Sequence record: PP496438.1 | Length of the DNA stretch: 64,000 nucleotides | Direction: 5' to 3' (one strand) | Program-made: the position numbers and the translations under genes | Notes under the pieces: generated by a model | Databases searched by the model: none | What the model saw: only the letters and a program-made list of their open reading frames with translations | Told to the model about the DNA's origin: nothing | Shown: piece by piece, positions 33,901-43,516 of the stretch | Layout of the letters: each line of letters starts with the position of its first letter | How positions within the stretch are numbered: the first letter of the stretch is position 1

Positions 33901-34981
33901 TGGACGTAATTGCCTTGGCGCCCAAACTGTTCAGGTTCAGGGTAGCTGCACCGGTGTTGGCAGTAGCAACCTTGAGCTGAAAGCGCTGGCCTGCTGCGTA
34001 GCTGGTGAACGCTTGCCCGAATGCACCCGCTGTCGGGATGCTGTAGGTCAGTACGTTGGCACTCGGCTGACCTACCTGACCGAGGTAAGTGAGTCCGGCA
34101 CCGCGTTGAGCCGCAGTCTTGACGAAGCCCGCGTGAGTGGCATCGTCTACCACACGCCAGCCAGTCGTGGCGTTGACGTACTGATAGCCTCGCACCCCAT
34201 TGATCGATTGGATGTAGTCAGATCCAGTCACAATGCCTTCGAACGCTTGGCCCGCTGCCGCTGTGATCTTGATCGGATACAGGTTGGAGTTGGCCGAGTA
34301 GTCGCCAACAAACACCAGGTCACCAACCCGGCCTTGTGGCAGGGCTACCGAAGGTGCGGCAATACTGTTGGTGTTGTTGACCCACAACATCTCGCCGTTG
34401 TTGACGGGCAAGGCCGTGGCGATAGCTACCGCGACCCGGCTGTTACCGAAGCCGCCGACACCCATCTGACCTACAGCCAGTTGAACGTCCCACGATGCAC
34501 CGTTCCAGATGAACCGGTAGTCTGCGTAGGGGGTTGCCATTACGAAGTTAGGCAGACCGCCGACAGCGACGCCGTTACCCGAGATGGTCACCGGATACGT
34601 ACCGATGGTGCCCCCGGTTACCTGCACACGGACCGCATCGCCGACGACCAGAGCAGTACGCTTGGTGGCATCAGACTGGTTAGGAATCTGCTTGTCAGTA
34701 GGTAGCAGCATGGTTACAGGGTTGAGCAAAGCCTGATGCTGGTACATGCCGTTGGCGAACAACAGGGTGTTGTTGTCCGAGCCGTTGGTCTGAAGCAGTG
34801 TCAGATAGGCACCCATGGCTTGCTGCAACATCTCGGTGCTTTGGTACAGGCTATACAGCGGCCTGTTCAACACACCTTCCGTGGGTACGGGCGGTTCTTG
34901 AATCGAACCGTCAGCATGCTCGCCGTCTTTAAACCAGCCGACCAGTGCCTTTGGAATGAATTTGAGTAAGTTATTAGCCAT
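30941..34981 (-). CDS. Long tail fibre protein (1346 aa)
   Basis: Six (D/N)SP(T/V/S)F/LTG(D/T)P.APT repeats with A(T/N)T.FV/YA, LDTLNELAAALGDD, and a Gly-rich C-terminal domain. Confidence 0.85.
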   Translation of the reverse strand: MANNLLKFIPKALVGWFKDGEHADGSIQEPPVPTEGVLNRPLYSLYQSTEMLQQAMGAYLTLLQTNGSDNNTLLFANGMYQHQALLNPVTMLLPTDKQIPNQSDATKRTALVVGDAVRVQVTGGTIGTYPVTISGNGVAVGGLPNFVMATPYADYRFIWNGASWDVQLAVGQMGVGGFGNSRVAVAIATALPVNNGEMLWVNNTNSIAAPSVALPQGRVGDLVFVGDYSANSNLYPIKITAAAGQAFEGIVTGSDYIQSINGVRGYQYVNATTGWRVVDDATHAGFVKTAAQRGAGLTYLGQVGQPSANVLTYSIPTAGAFGQAFTSYAAGQRFQLKVATANTGAATLNLNSLGAKAITSNGTDALTGGELSVGKVHDVFYDGASFQLVSSTRVDLTAYAPINSPTFTGDPKAPTPPLTDNDNSVATTAFVKLAIAALIDSSPGALDTLNELAAALGDDPNFATTMNNLIATKATIDSPTFTGDPKAPTAAAGDIDTSVANTAFVRAAMALFGIGTPNAANVTDLNAVGAGGFYYNSSTTATGVPIASNGLMIHTPFGDGSAALQIWASPLNPTRIFWRVRASNSWGGWKEFAALDSPVFTGDPKAPTPVTTDNDTSVATTNFVRNVLARYGIGTSDMDDTVADVGTLTEGGTYQVSSTITINGVNYLSGVVIVATNALYYTQQIFMPQANNRMFQRVSNGQVNSVTQWSQWREIASLDSPTFTGDPKAPTASLADNDLSIANTAFVQGLMGASGLGGSAISGDTLNFNDAPLNSFVKAEGTETNSTTYNRPLLGVAGTTAVAFTLITIGVPGAFRVTQYANSIFPSGRNRTFTRVKHDGAWFAWAELASTNSPVFTGDPQAPTAALGDTDLTIANTAFVQNQLASWGLGTLVSNIVTGNDMNQAVLGGLYRAQSTTANIPISSNFSVIVVPYNGGGCLQIATALNSNNRMFWRSQAGGNWTAWNEAVATDSPSLIGTPTAPTPPTTDNSTRLANTAYAQNLNFSQSRKFKGVGVGVSASITLDVSHSGYWLNLAGSGITVTLPDPTTLLPGATFVFRNPTSTVQTIVAPSGATISDSGSVQQITMQPLETLELATSGTSYWIVDRGSIVAPQDMIGQFTGVQTFTASGSWLCPAGVTTVYLSGCGGGGGGAGGGGASDSGAGGGSGGGCGTYAVLTPITVVPGSTYTITIGGGGAGGNGGPALAQGVVGSEAGAGALGGNGSATTFKLGSTTLLTLGGGTRGAYGGTSSGAGGISLVPGVTDGQDAPGLYLGGAGGAGAGTPWGTGGGGGRQANGPGSNGSASIGYGAGGGGGGGAYTRQNYTNVSAAKGGNGSAGKSGVIFLQW

Positions 34982-35041
34982 TTAAAGAATCCCTGAATCA
35001 ATGGTGGCTGTACGTCTGGGAATGCCTAGTCACGATAGGGA

Positions 35042-35638
35042 TCAGGCGAACACGATGGTCCAACGGAGAACCAACTTGCGCTGGTTGGTCTTGACCAGTG
35101 CCGGGAACGTCTCACGGCAAAACAGGTTGCCGTTGGTGCAAAACATCCCTGCTTCGGTGTACGCCAGACCAGCCGACGGCGTGGTGGGGTTGTTACCTTC
35201 GGACTTGTCGATGACCAGCGTGTACTGAACCTGAGTCTCACTGCCAGTCGGCTGATACGTGTAGTCTTTCGGATCGACCGACGTGTTGAAGAGCTTGCTG
35301 AACACCGTGGTGGATACGTCTAGCAAGCCGGTGTCTGTTTCTTTCGGCGCAACCGGGGTCATAATGTCGCCGGTGGTCAGGTTGTGACCTTTGGTGCCGA
35401 ACTTGAACGACGCGATGGAGTAAGCTGCGTCTGCTGACGCCAGCAAGTGAGCCAACGCCTTGGCACCGAGCGTTACCACGAGGTTGGGTTTGAAGTGCAC
35501 CAGTCGAGTGATACCGTCTTCCTCGATGTATGCTTCCACCTGACCACGGCACTTGATGCCTTCAGCCTTGTCCATGCCAATACCCGACTCCATTGCAGCA
35601 ATGGCCTTGATGGCTTCTACGGTTTGATGCGTGCTCAT
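35042..35638 (-). CDS. Baseplate tail-fibre attachment / collar protein
   Basis: NLVVTLG..ALA, FKFGT, TEAGMF, F..LVK..W.I.F pattern; position upstream of the fibre. Confidence 0.6.
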   Translation of the reverse strand: MSTHQTVEAIKAIAAMESGIGMDKAEGIKCRGQVEAYIEEDGITRLVHFKPNLVVTLGAKALAHLLASADAAYSIASFKFGTKGHNLTTGDIMTPVAPKETDTGLLDVSTTVFSKLFNTSVDPKDYTYQPTGSETQVQYTLVIDKSEGNNPTTPSAGLAYTEAGMFCTNGNLFCRETFPALVKTNQRKLVLRWTIVFA

Positions 35639-36831
35639 GCGGTCTCCTCAGCTGGGGCATAGTCTACCCATTCAGCGTCAATATAATCGTGTGCGTAGAT
35701 GTTGGAACCACCGATCCACTTGCCTTGGGTTGCCGGGGTTGCTCTCACTACATCGGGATTGTTGATGTAGAACCCACCGATGACCGGCATGCCTCGCCCA
35801 TTACGGCTTGGCTCGCTGATATTGGTGACGATCTCACCTGCGTCGAATTCTAGCACTGACAGCGAAGACGAAGGAATCGCCGGTTGCGTTATCAATACCT
35901 CAATGTCAAAATCTAGAGTAAGCTCTAGGGCCTTGATGCGGGGTTCAACCACGTCATGGTAGCTTTCGATTGAATTAGCATCGAGGTACTTTTTGACGAT
36001 ATCCCGGAAGTCCGCACCGTAGAAGTCCATCTCGTACTTATCGTACCAGCCATCCAAGGCGTTGATAGGTTTGTTCCTATGATGGCCTCCGATAATCGGG
36101 TAGGGATACGGCAGCGGTGCACCCTGACCGATGAAGAAGCCACCGATGTCGAATGGCGGGTACGGATAGTCTCGCAGCTTACCGACACGGAACGGCTGGC
36201 GGATGTCTTCGTTGATTTGCTCCTCGATGTCTTCCGTGAAAGGAACAATGTCTTTGATGTTGACGCCCAGTTTGAAGCCGATGATGTTGGAGCAGACCCA
36301 CATGAACTCTCGGGCCAGCACCAGCAACTGTGCCTCGGTCAGCAGGTCAGGAGTGGAAGTAGGGGAAGCCTCAAGTCCGATTATGATCTCGCAGTTGTTC
36401 AACCCCACCAGCTCCGGGTCATCTGCCCACGCCACGCCGTTGGCGGTTTGAAGTTCAATCTCCCGCTGAACCCGTGTACCTTCGTAGATGGTTGCACCAA
36501 TGCCCAGTAAGCGAAGGATGAACACCAGTCCACGTGACGTACCTTTCAACCGGTAGATCATACGAGTGACGCCGACCAACGATCGGTCTTCAATGACAGC
36601 CCCGGCGGCACTCAGGATGCGCTTGATCTCATCCGCACCGAACTCGTCTGCGCCGATGCCCGGATCATAAGCATCACCTTGAATGTTGAACCGGTCTACC
36701 ATCTCCTCCACGTTCGCATAGTGGTTGGTCAGCGAGATGAAGTCCATGATCGCTGCCACTTTCTGGAACACAGGGTGATTACGTTGTTGCTCTGGAACCA
36801 GCTGAATGCTTGGTAGGATCTCCATAGCCAT
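35635..36831 (-). CDS. Baseplate wedge protein (gpI/gp7-like)
   Basis: IYRLKGTSRGLVFILRLLG motif; follows the gp6-like gene. Confidence 0.65.
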   Translation of the reverse strand: MAMEILPSIQLVPEQQRNHPVFQKVAAIMDFISLTNHYANVEEMVDRFNIQGDAYDPGIGADEFGADEIKRILSAAGAVIEDRSLVGVTRMIYRLKGTSRGLVFILRLLGIGATIYEGTRVQREIELQTANGVAWADDPELVGLNNCEIIIGLEASPTSTPDLLTEAQLLVLAREFMWVCSNIIGFKLGVNIKDIVPFTEDIEEQINEDIRQPFRVGKLRDYPYPPFDIGGFFIGQGAPLPYPYPIIGGHHRNKPINALDGWYDKYEMDFYGADFRDIVKKYLDANSIESYHDVVEPRIKALELTLDFDIEVLITQPAIPSSSLSVLEFDAGEIVTNISEPSRNGRGMPVIGGFYINNPDVVRATPATQGKWIGGSNIYAHDYIDAEWVDYAPAEETA

Positions 36832-36834
36832 GGT

Positions 36835-38319
36835 TTAATCCTCTGTAACGACGGTGTAACCCGTTGAGAGATCACCGTCATCAGGCCCAAAGTTAGCCAA
36901 TTGGGTTTCGTCCGTGGTGAAGGAAACGTTCAACTCTCCGGGAATGAAGTACTGGTAGAAGCGCAACTTCTTATCCTTGATCGGGGTCTTGACATACACC
37001 CGAGTAACCTTGTCCAGTTTCTGCCCAATACCGCCGGTGAAGAACGTCCCACCCAGCTTGTAGCATTGGGCCAGACGTTGCTTGGCGATAGCAGCTTCCA
37101 GAGCCGTGGTGTCGGCCGTCTTATCGATGACCAGTACCAGCTCAAGGTCAACTCGTACCGCAACCGAATCGATCCACACAATGCCTTCAGCACTGATTTT
37201 GAACTTGGCCAGATAGTCCAGCAAGGCCAGCTCTTCAAGCGGGGACAGGGAATGGGTATCGTCGAACAGGTAGGCGATGGCGCACCGGCAGCAACCTTCC
37301 TGCTTGCCGTCGTCCCACGTACCCCCAGCAACTTCACAGGCTTCCTTGCTCCACTTGTCATCGAGGTTGCATTCACCCCGGTGGAACTTGGCATCGATCA
37401 TACCTGGGTACGACTTCACCAGAGCTTCGTGGTCGCTCGGGGTCACCATACGCCTTTGAGTTGAGTGGTACGCCGGGGCCAGTGTAGCGATCTTTTCCAG
37501 TGTGTCAGCGGGGTAAAACGGGGTGGACGTCTCGATGGCTTGCGGCGTCATAAAGCCTGAATCCAACGACACCTTGGGCAGCGTCAGGTTGAAGCTTGCC
37601 AGCACACGGGTATCTACCACCCGCAAATAGGACAATGACACCTTACCGTTGAATGGCAACCGGTAGCCGATGGCCCCGTCACCTGATTTCAAGGCCAGCG
37701 CGTCGGGAAGGGTAGCTACAGGCAACGCACCTTCGTACATGTCGTCGGTGAACTTGCTGGTCGGAACCACCTGATCCTCAACCGTTACCTGAACGAAATT
37801 GTTGTCCACGGTCATGATGTCTTCGACAGGAATCACGAACGTGTAGAAGTCTGTGTCGGAGTCCACGAACGTTTCAATGGTCTCCCACGTGCCCAGTAGC
37901 AAGGTAAGTTTGTGCGTACCGACTGCAAGATACTGGGACTCTCGCAAGGAAAGCGGTTGGCTGTCAACGTAGCCGAACGGCACTTCTCGCAGGAAGTAAT
38001 TCGCTTTGGTAACCTGAACCGTGACGTCGATGGTCATGGCCGTACACCTGTTGACCGGGTAGTCAAGGTGATACGCGATGTTCAGGATCGTGCTCTGAAG
38101 TTTTGCGGTGACCAGCGAGCGTTCCCGTAGCAGGGACATACTGTGGAAACGCAAAAATGTCCCCAGACCAGCAGCCAATTCCTTGACAACCGTACCTGTG
38201 GACATGCTGAAATAGTCTTTCCACTTCGCTGCGTCGTCTTGGCCGTCTAGAAATGTATTCAGGTCGTCCAAGATCGTAGCTTGGGAAATGCGGCTGGGAT
38301 CAATGATGGTGGTGCCCAT
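36835..38319 (-). CDS. Baseplate wedge protein (T4 gp6 / gpJ-like)
   Basis: RERSLVTAKLQSTILNIAYHLDY and QRRMVTPSDHEALV motifs; probable start ATG38319 (GAGGA). Confidence 0.75.
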   Translation of the reverse strand: MGTTIIDPSRISQATILDDLNTFLDGQDDAAKWKDYFSMSTGTVVKELAAGLGTFLRFHSMSLLRERSLVTAKLQSTILNIAYHLDYPVNRCTAMTIDVTVQVTKANYFLREVPFGYVDSQPLSLRESQYLAVGTHKLTLLLGTWETIETFVDSDTDFYTFVIPVEDIMTVDNNFVQVTVEDQVVPTSKFTDDMYEGALPVATLPDALALKSGDGAIGYRLPFNGKVSLSYLRVVDTRVLASFNLTLPKVSLDSGFMTPQAIETSTPFYPADTLEKIATLAPAYHSTQRRMVTPSDHEALVKSYPGMIDAKFHRGECNLDDKWSKEACEVAGGTWDDGKQEGCCRCAIAYLFDDTHSLSPLEELALLDYLAKFKISAEGIVWIDSVAVRVDLELVLVIDKTADTTALEAAIAKQRLAQCYKLGGTFFTGGIGQKLDKVTRVYVKTPIKDKKLRFYQYFIPGELNVSFTTDETQLANFGPDDGDLSTGYTVVTED

Positions 38320-38335
38320 ACGTTCCTCGATTCGG

Positions 38336-38719
38336 TTAGGAGGCTGGGCGTTTAAGATCGCCGCCAACGGAATAGTTACCGTCTAAGCCTTGGATGTAGA
38401 AGTTCAGCTGGACGTAATACATCTGGGCGTCCATGTAGGGGATAACCGAGGACGACTTCATGTCCAATCGAAGGCGGGGTTCATACTTCTGAATGCCCCC
38501 GATGAAGTGAGCCATGATCATCGAGGCCGTATCGGAGTTGATGGGCTCGAATAATAGGTCTCGAAGATCGGGATCGATGTCAGGCCGAAACAATCGCTGC
38601 TTCTGCCCGGTGTTCATCAAATTGTCCAGCGCCTGATAAACCGCTGACTCATTGAACTGGAGCGGAAGCCCAGACAATGGATCGTTGCTCAAGTCGCTGT
38701 AGAGTACCGTGATCGCCAT
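38336..38719 (-). CDS. Baseplate wedge/sheath initiator (T4 gp25 / gpW-like)
   Basis: AVYQALDNLMNT...RLFRP...I.KYEPR motif. Confidence 0.8.
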   Translation of the reverse strand: MAITVLYSDLSNDPLSGLPLQFNESAVYQALDNLMNTGQKQRLFRPDIDPDLRDLLFEPINSDTASMIMAHFIGGIQKYEPRLRLDMKSSSVIPYMDAQMYYVQLNFYIQGLDGNYSVGGDLKRPAS

Positions 38720-38855
38720 AGTCCGGCTCCAGCGTGCCGCCCGTATACGCTCACAGGCGGGGTTTTACGTGATGAGTGGTTAAATGGTACGTCCCGATAA
38801 ATAACGAGCCCACCTGCCGCCGCTGGGGGCCGTTACAGTTCAACCTGATTCCACG

Positions 38856-39356
38856 TCAGTTCTTGCCGCGTAGTTCCAGTGTGCTCGCCGACGAAGCCGT
38901 CGGAAAGAACTCTACTACAGGGTCTCCCTTGGAATCAGTGAAAAGCCGCTCCGGTAGATTAACCTCAGGGATTGTCGTTGCAGCGTTGGACGCCGCTGAC
39001 GGAGATAAGCTACTGGGAGGTGGAACGGCTACCATTTTTTCCTTGTCGTCTCCTTCCTTACTTCGGGAGGAGTTGAACCTGCTATACAACTCGCTGATCT
39101 GACTCTGTTGATTTCGGAACTGCTCCGTGGTTTCCCGGTTGAACTTGGTCTGGGTAGACACGAAGGAGATTACCGTCTTCTTCAGGGCATCGATGTCAGC
39201 GCTAACAGGAGCCTGCTTGGCATAGCGATCTTCCACAAAGAAATACATGGAGAACAACGCAATGACAATGGCTATTACTTGGGTAGGCGAGAGTCGGATG
39301 GCAGAAACTTCTGTGTTAGGAGAAGGTGTGCCTCCGCTTGCGGGTTGACCAGCCAT
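38856..39356 (-). CDS. Single-pass membrane protein with coiled coil
   Basis: VIAIVIALFSMYFFV TM segment. Confidence 0.55.
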   Translation of the reverse strand: MAGQPASGGTPSPNTEVSAIRLSPTQVIAIVIALFSMYFFVEDRYAKQAPVSADIDALKKTVISFVSTQTKFNRETTEQFRNQQSQISELYSRFNSSRSKEGDDKEKMVAVPPPSSLSPSAASNAATTIPEVNLPERLFTDSKGDPVVEFFPTASSASTLELRGKN

Positions 39357-39394
39357 ACTACCGTCCTCTACAGGCCATCAGGCAGTGGGTTAGC

Positions 39395-40402
39395 TCAGGC
39401 GAGGAATCTGTGTAAGCCCGAGGAATATTTGTTCTGGTACATGGTCATCACCTTATTGGACGCGGTGGTGGCTCGGTTACCAGATCGGTTAAACGACATA
39501 TGCAGCCAAGGTCGGTTTCCATGCTCAAAGATGAACTGGTCATAGTTGATGTTGTCTTTGACCCAATTGGCACGATCCCAATATTCTTGATTGCTAATGC
39601 CGGGCCACTGTACATCGATGGCTTGTCCCGTTTCATGCTGGGACCTACCATTCTGCTGTGTACGGAAACCGGAGTTGAAGGAAAAACCTGGGTAGGCGTC
39701 CCACAACGGTTCCAGTATATGCTCGGCCAATGCCTTGAGGTTGCAAACGATCTCCTGTTCCGTCAAGCCCCGTTGAGCCTTGATGGTGTGAGGGAAAGCA
39801 GTCTTGATCGATACGTTAGCCAACGTAAACCTTGCGGATAGACGCAGCCCGTAATCCAGCGGTAGAGTAATCATGGCGCAGTCAGTGATAGGTGTAACTC
39901 GGTCCGGCGGGGGCACCTTGTTCTCTTCCTGTGCGGGTGTGTCTATTGGCGGTGGCGGTGAAGTCTGGGGTGCCGGTGGATAACTCTGCTGCGGAGTACC
40001 GGGACTGGTCTCGTATTCATCCGCGAAAGCGTCGTAACCGGCAGTCCGAATAAGCTTGGCTGCATTCTCAGGGCTGTTCTGATCCACCGGAATAATAGTG
40101 GCAGCGACAATCTCCACCTTACCCTTATCCGATGTACCGTCACCTACCAGCACAGTAGGTGAGCCTGTCATGGGTGCGTCATTGTCTTGGAACCCGTCAC
40201 CCAGTCGGGCAACTGGCAGGCCGTTGGTGAACACCGTGGCACTCCCAACTCTTTGAGAAGTAGGTCCGGGTGGGCCGATCCAGGTATCGCTGACCCGTAC
40301 AACAGGGAAGCCATTGACCATGTGATTCGGGGATCCAGACACTGCCACCCGTTTAGCGTTTGACAAGTCTGGGCCTTGCCGGGCCACTGGTTTCAATGCC
40401 AT
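39395..40402 (-). CDS. PAAR-repeat spike-tip protein fused to a Peptidase M15A (peptidoglycan Zn-peptidase) domain
   Basis: PVAR/PVVR/PVARLGD repeats with GS..V..NG; Pro-rich linker; NSGFR, SQHETGQAID and WLHMS (His-Asp-His Zn ligands intact). Confidence 0.8.
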   Translation of the reverse strand: MALKPVARQGPDLSNAKRVAVSGSPNHMVNGFPVVRVSDTWIGPPGPTSQRVGSATVFTNGLPVARLGDGFQDNDAPMTGSPTVLVGDGTSDKGKVEIVAATIIPVDQNSPENAAKLIRTAGYDAFADEYETSPGTPQQSYPPAPQTSPPPPIDTPAQEENKVPPPDRVTPITDCAMITLPLDYGLRLSARFTLANVSIKTAFPHTIKAQRGLTEQEIVCNLKALAEHILEPLWDAYPGFSFNSGFRTQQNGRSQHETGQAIDVQWPGISNQEYWDRANWVKDNINYDQFIFEHGNRPWLHMSFNRSGNRATTASNKVMTMYQNKYSSGLHRFLA

Positions 40403-40411
40403 GTGCCCACC

Positions 40412-41050
40412 TTAAGGGTTGTCCTGAATCATGCCAGCCTTACGAGTCTCGATACCGATGGTGTTGGTATCCTTAGCTCCTTCGACATTCTCAGCCAGAT
40501 TGCCTTTGACCAGTACCGCGCTGTCACCCACCACTTGCCGTGAGAAGTTCCTGCCGACAACCTCGATCAAGTCCCGCTTGGCAGTTCTGATGATGTCGCC
40601 GTCGTTGGTGAATACTTCCTTACTGCCGGTGTGGTGGATGAACGTCACCTCACCACTGGTCAGGTCCGTGATCCACTGGTTACCAGATGCATCAATCTGG
40701 CCGTAAGTGGTCGGGTAGTTGGTGCCCGACACATCCGTCTGCTGCGTGCCCGCCGACTTCCAGAACCCCGTATAGACTGGGAAGTGGGGATCTTGGCTGG
40801 GGAACTCGATGATCAGTTCAGATCCGACGATAGGCACTCCGAAGGAACTGGTGCCACCTCCGCCACCCTGATCAGCAGGAACCTGAGCGTAGCACCATGG
40901 CAGGGAATCCACGTCTCCGTCGATGAACGGCGGAATGCGACATTTCACCCGTGAGATGCCACGTGGGTCTTGGTTGGTGACCACGATGCCTTTGAGCGGC
41001 TGATCGAAGAACCGCCGGGGTTTCATCACTTGATTGATAGAAAAGAGCAT
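40412..41050 (-). CDS. Baseplate central spike (gp5/gpV-like, no lysozyme domain)
   Basis: GIVVTNQDP..RVKCRIP, LPW, P.VGS...F...DP..PVY.G OB-fold; short beta-helix repeats. Confidence 0.8.
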   Translation of the reverse strand: MLFSINQVMKPRRFFDQPLKGIVVTNQDPRGISRVKCRIPPFIDGDVDSLPWCYAQVPADQGGGGGTSSFGVPIVGSELIIEFPSQDPHFPVYTGFWKSAGTQQTDVSGTNYPTTYGQIDASGNQWITDLTSGEVTFIHHTGSKEVFTNDGDIIRTAKRDLIEVVGRNFSRQVVGDSAVLVKGNLAENVEGAKDTNTIGIETRKAGMIQDNP

Positions 41051-41068
41051 GGAAACCTCTCGTGCCGG

Positions 41069-41890
41069 TTAGAAATATTCCGGCTTGAACTGCTCGATCT
41101 GAACCGCGAATTCCTTTTTCAACTTCTCCTGACGATCCTGATCTTCCATCACGATGATGTGGCGACGGATCTTCGAGCACGCGGTCAAGTCACCGGCAGC
41201 ACGTTCCAGGTCACGGGCGTAATCCTCAAGCTCGCTGATCTGTTTATCCAGCTTGAACGTGGTCTCACCCTTCACATACTTCTGGATGTAGAACTTGCGC
41301 ATCTGCTTGTCGTACAAGCTGCGGTAGGTCTTCTCGTATTCCGCCAGCGCATCCGCCGGTTTCATTTTGAGTGGACCTTTACGCACCTTGTCGGTCTTGA
41401 TGGTATGAACGGTGTCCTTCGTTTCCACCTGCTTGATCGTCGGGATCAGCGGGTTGTTCTTGTCCGCTTTGGTTTGCGTAGGGATCTGCGCTTTGGGCTT
41501 TTCCTTGGCAACCTTGACGGTGGTGTCTACCTTGGGCCGTGCACGACCGAGGAAACCAGCGACGTCATCTGCGCTGACCCACTTCGGCAGTTCCTTGACC
41601 GGTAGGGCAGTCTTACGCACCTTGTTGCTGGTGCACTTGCCCAGTACCCACTTACGGGTGGCCGGGAACTCTGCAACTTCGCCGTCGTCGAAGCGGATGA
41701 ACAAAGTCTTGTCCGCCACACTGCGTTTGGATACGGTGCCGATGAAGATCAGCGGGTCTTGCTTCTTGCCGTCGTAGTTGATAACGAGCCGGTCACCTTT
41801 CTTGAATTCATCAATCAGGGCTGACGTTTCGATCTCTTGCTTGTCGTGCGACGACGTAGAGCGGGCCGGGTTAAGAGTCCGAATGCTCAT
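41069..41890 (-). CDS. Hypothetical protein with N-terminal SH3/Tudor-like domain (paralog of 58753..59901)
   Basis: GDRLVINYDG..DP..FIG......LFIRFDDGE...RKTALPVKELPKWV. Confidence 0.65.
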   Translation of the reverse strand: MSIRTLNPARSTSSHDKQEIETSALIDEFKKGDRLVINYDGKKQDPLIFIGTVSKRSVADKTLFIRFDDGEVAEFPATRKWVLGKCTSNKVRKTALPVKELPKWVSADDVAGFLGRARPKVDTTVKVAKEKPKAQIPTQTKADKNNPLIPTIKQVETKDTVHTIKTDKVRKGPLKMKPADALAEYEKTYRSLYDKQMRKFYIQKYVKGETTFKLDKQISELEDYARDLERAAGDLTACSKIRRHIIVMEDQDRQEKLKKEFAVQIEQFKPEYF

Positions 41891-41958
41891 TATTTTCTCC
41901 TGTTCGGGCGCTGTGCCATGTCATTCAAATCATGCCCATAATTAGGCCTTTTGCGTGT

Positions 41959-43122
41959 TTAGCGAACGTTGCCTTTGAGGGCAGCTGGCGCTTCCCGACT
42001 CATCTCAACCCGAGTAACCATATCGCCGTTGATAATTCGCCTTGCAACCATGTTGACCAAGTACATCCCGGTATACGTCTCCGAGGTTTGCTTGTTCTGG
42101 TTATTCACCTCAAGCTCATCGTCCTTGAACAGCACCAGATCCAGTAGCCGCACAGGATAGAACTCGTTCTTGAACGACACGTCCACGGTGCACGCCGAGT
42201 AGCTGCACAGGTAGTTCAAGTTGTTGATGTAAGACTCGTTGTACCGGGCGTGAACGTTGTCTCCCACGAAGGAGTTAGGCACCCGGCGAATCTTGACATC
42301 CGCGTTACGGCCCAGCGTCTTGGACGCGGCCAGCAGTGTTGATACCGTACTGCTCTTACCGATGCTACCCCCACTGTCCAGGTTATACTCCAGCGTTTCC
42401 AGGCCGTACCCGGCGAACTGGTTCAGCAGGCCGTTGGACAACTGGATCGTGTACTCACCTTCAATGGGGATCTGTACGCTCGCTGCCTTCTGCTCCGGCG
42501 AGGATGCCCCATAGTTGAAGATGTAGGACGGAGCCAAGCTCAACATGGACTTCAGACTGCGGAACCGGAAGATGGAATCCGACGTGATGCCGATCAGAGG
42601 AACGTTGTTCAACCCCACGTCAGTGCGCAACCAGGTGCTGTTGACGAACGCACGGTCTGTCGTGTACGGCTGAATCCACTTCATCTTGTCCACGGACGCG
42701 GGAAGATTGGTGTCGAACTTCATGTTGTTCCGTTGGGCAACCCCGGCCATCACCTCGACACCCGACATCAGCTTGGTGATCTGCTGGTGGCAGTCGTTCA
42801 CATAAGACGGATGGTACGCCAGCCCGGACAGGTTGAACACATACTCCGACTGACCATTCCTTTTTACCTTGGGGTTCAGAATCCAAAGGCGATAGTCCAT
42901 CATGTTGTCCGCTGTCCGACCAATGGAGATCGTCAGCGGATTGCCTTCGTTCATGTTGTACATCACTTCCTTGTTGCTAGTTGAGAACGTCATCTCGAAC
43001 TGTGGAAGCTCGCCCCCGGCACGTTCGATGATCTGGAAGTCAGTGAGCTGATCCCCGGACAAGAAGTCCTTGATGGTGCCGATGGATGCCGAGAGTCGCC
43101 ACTGACCGTTAACGCCGATCAT
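41959..43122 (-). CDS. Baseplate hub (gp27/gpD-like)
   Basis: Size and position between the gp53-like gene and the spike; KWIQP..TD..F motif. Confidence 0.6.
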   Translation of the reverse strand: MIGVNGQWRLSASIGTIKDFLSGDQLTDFQIIERAGGELPQFEMTFSTSNKEVMYNMNEGNPLTISIGRTADNMMDYRLWILNPKVKRNGQSEYVFNLSGLAYHPSYVNDCHQQITKLMSGVEVMAGVAQRNNMKFDTNLPASVDKMKWIQPYTTDRAFVNSTWLRTDVGLNNVPLIGITSDSIFRFRSLKSMLSLAPSYIFNYGASSPEQKAASVQIPIEGEYTIQLSNGLLNQFAGYGLETLEYNLDSGGSIGKSSTVSTLLAASKTLGRNADVKIRRVPNSFVGDNVHARYNESYINNLNYLCSYSACTVDVSFKNEFYPVRLLDLVLFKDDELEVNNQNKQTSETYTGMYLVNMVARRIINGDMVTRVEMSREAPAALKGNVR

Positions 43123-43508
43123 AATGGAGAACTCCCGTAGGACGTGGTAGGCACACCTGAAGACTTCAGCGGCTTGAGTCGGAAGTACAAGTCTTCCAAG
43201 TCAGATAGGCGGAAGTAGTTCATCACGGTGCCCACCTTCAGCTCGGTGAACAGGCACTTGTTGTTGTAGTGCATCAGCAAGGCCCAATAGTCCACGGAGC
43301 CGTAGATGGTATAGGACAAGAACTCAGGGTGGTACTCATCTTCCGCACCGACCAGTAGTGTGCCTGCCTTTTCCAACAGCGATACCTGCTTGAGGAATAC
43401 ACTGCTCAGGGGGTCATACATCTCAACCCCACCGGCGCTGACCGTCTGGATGAATTTCTCCAGATCGTAGCGGCCATCACCTTTTCCTTCGTCAATGATG
43501 AAACCCAT
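43119..43508 (-). CDS. Baseplate wedge gp53-like (LysM-like) protein
   Basis: HPEFLSYTIYGSVDYWALLMHYN motif. Confidence 0.7.
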   Translation of the reverse strand: MGFIIDEGKGDGRYDLEKFIQTVSAGGVEMYDPLSSVFLKQVSLLEKAGTLLVGAEDEYHPEFLSYTIYGSVDYWALLMHYNNKCLFTELKVGTVMNYFRLSDLEDLYFRLKPLKSSGVPTTSYGSSPL

Positions 43509-43516
43509 GACTCACC

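Noticed and set aside
30941-34981. Tail-fibre repeats as a diversity-generating retroelement or invertible cassette
   Set aside because: Repeats are ordinary diverged fibre motifs; no reverse transcriptase, template/variable repeat pair or invertase in the window.
4835-38752. GAGCGTATACG shared by two intergenic regions (4835, 38742)
   Set aside because: Only two intergenic copies, and the core palindrome also occurs inside the sigma gene (18124); compatible with chance.
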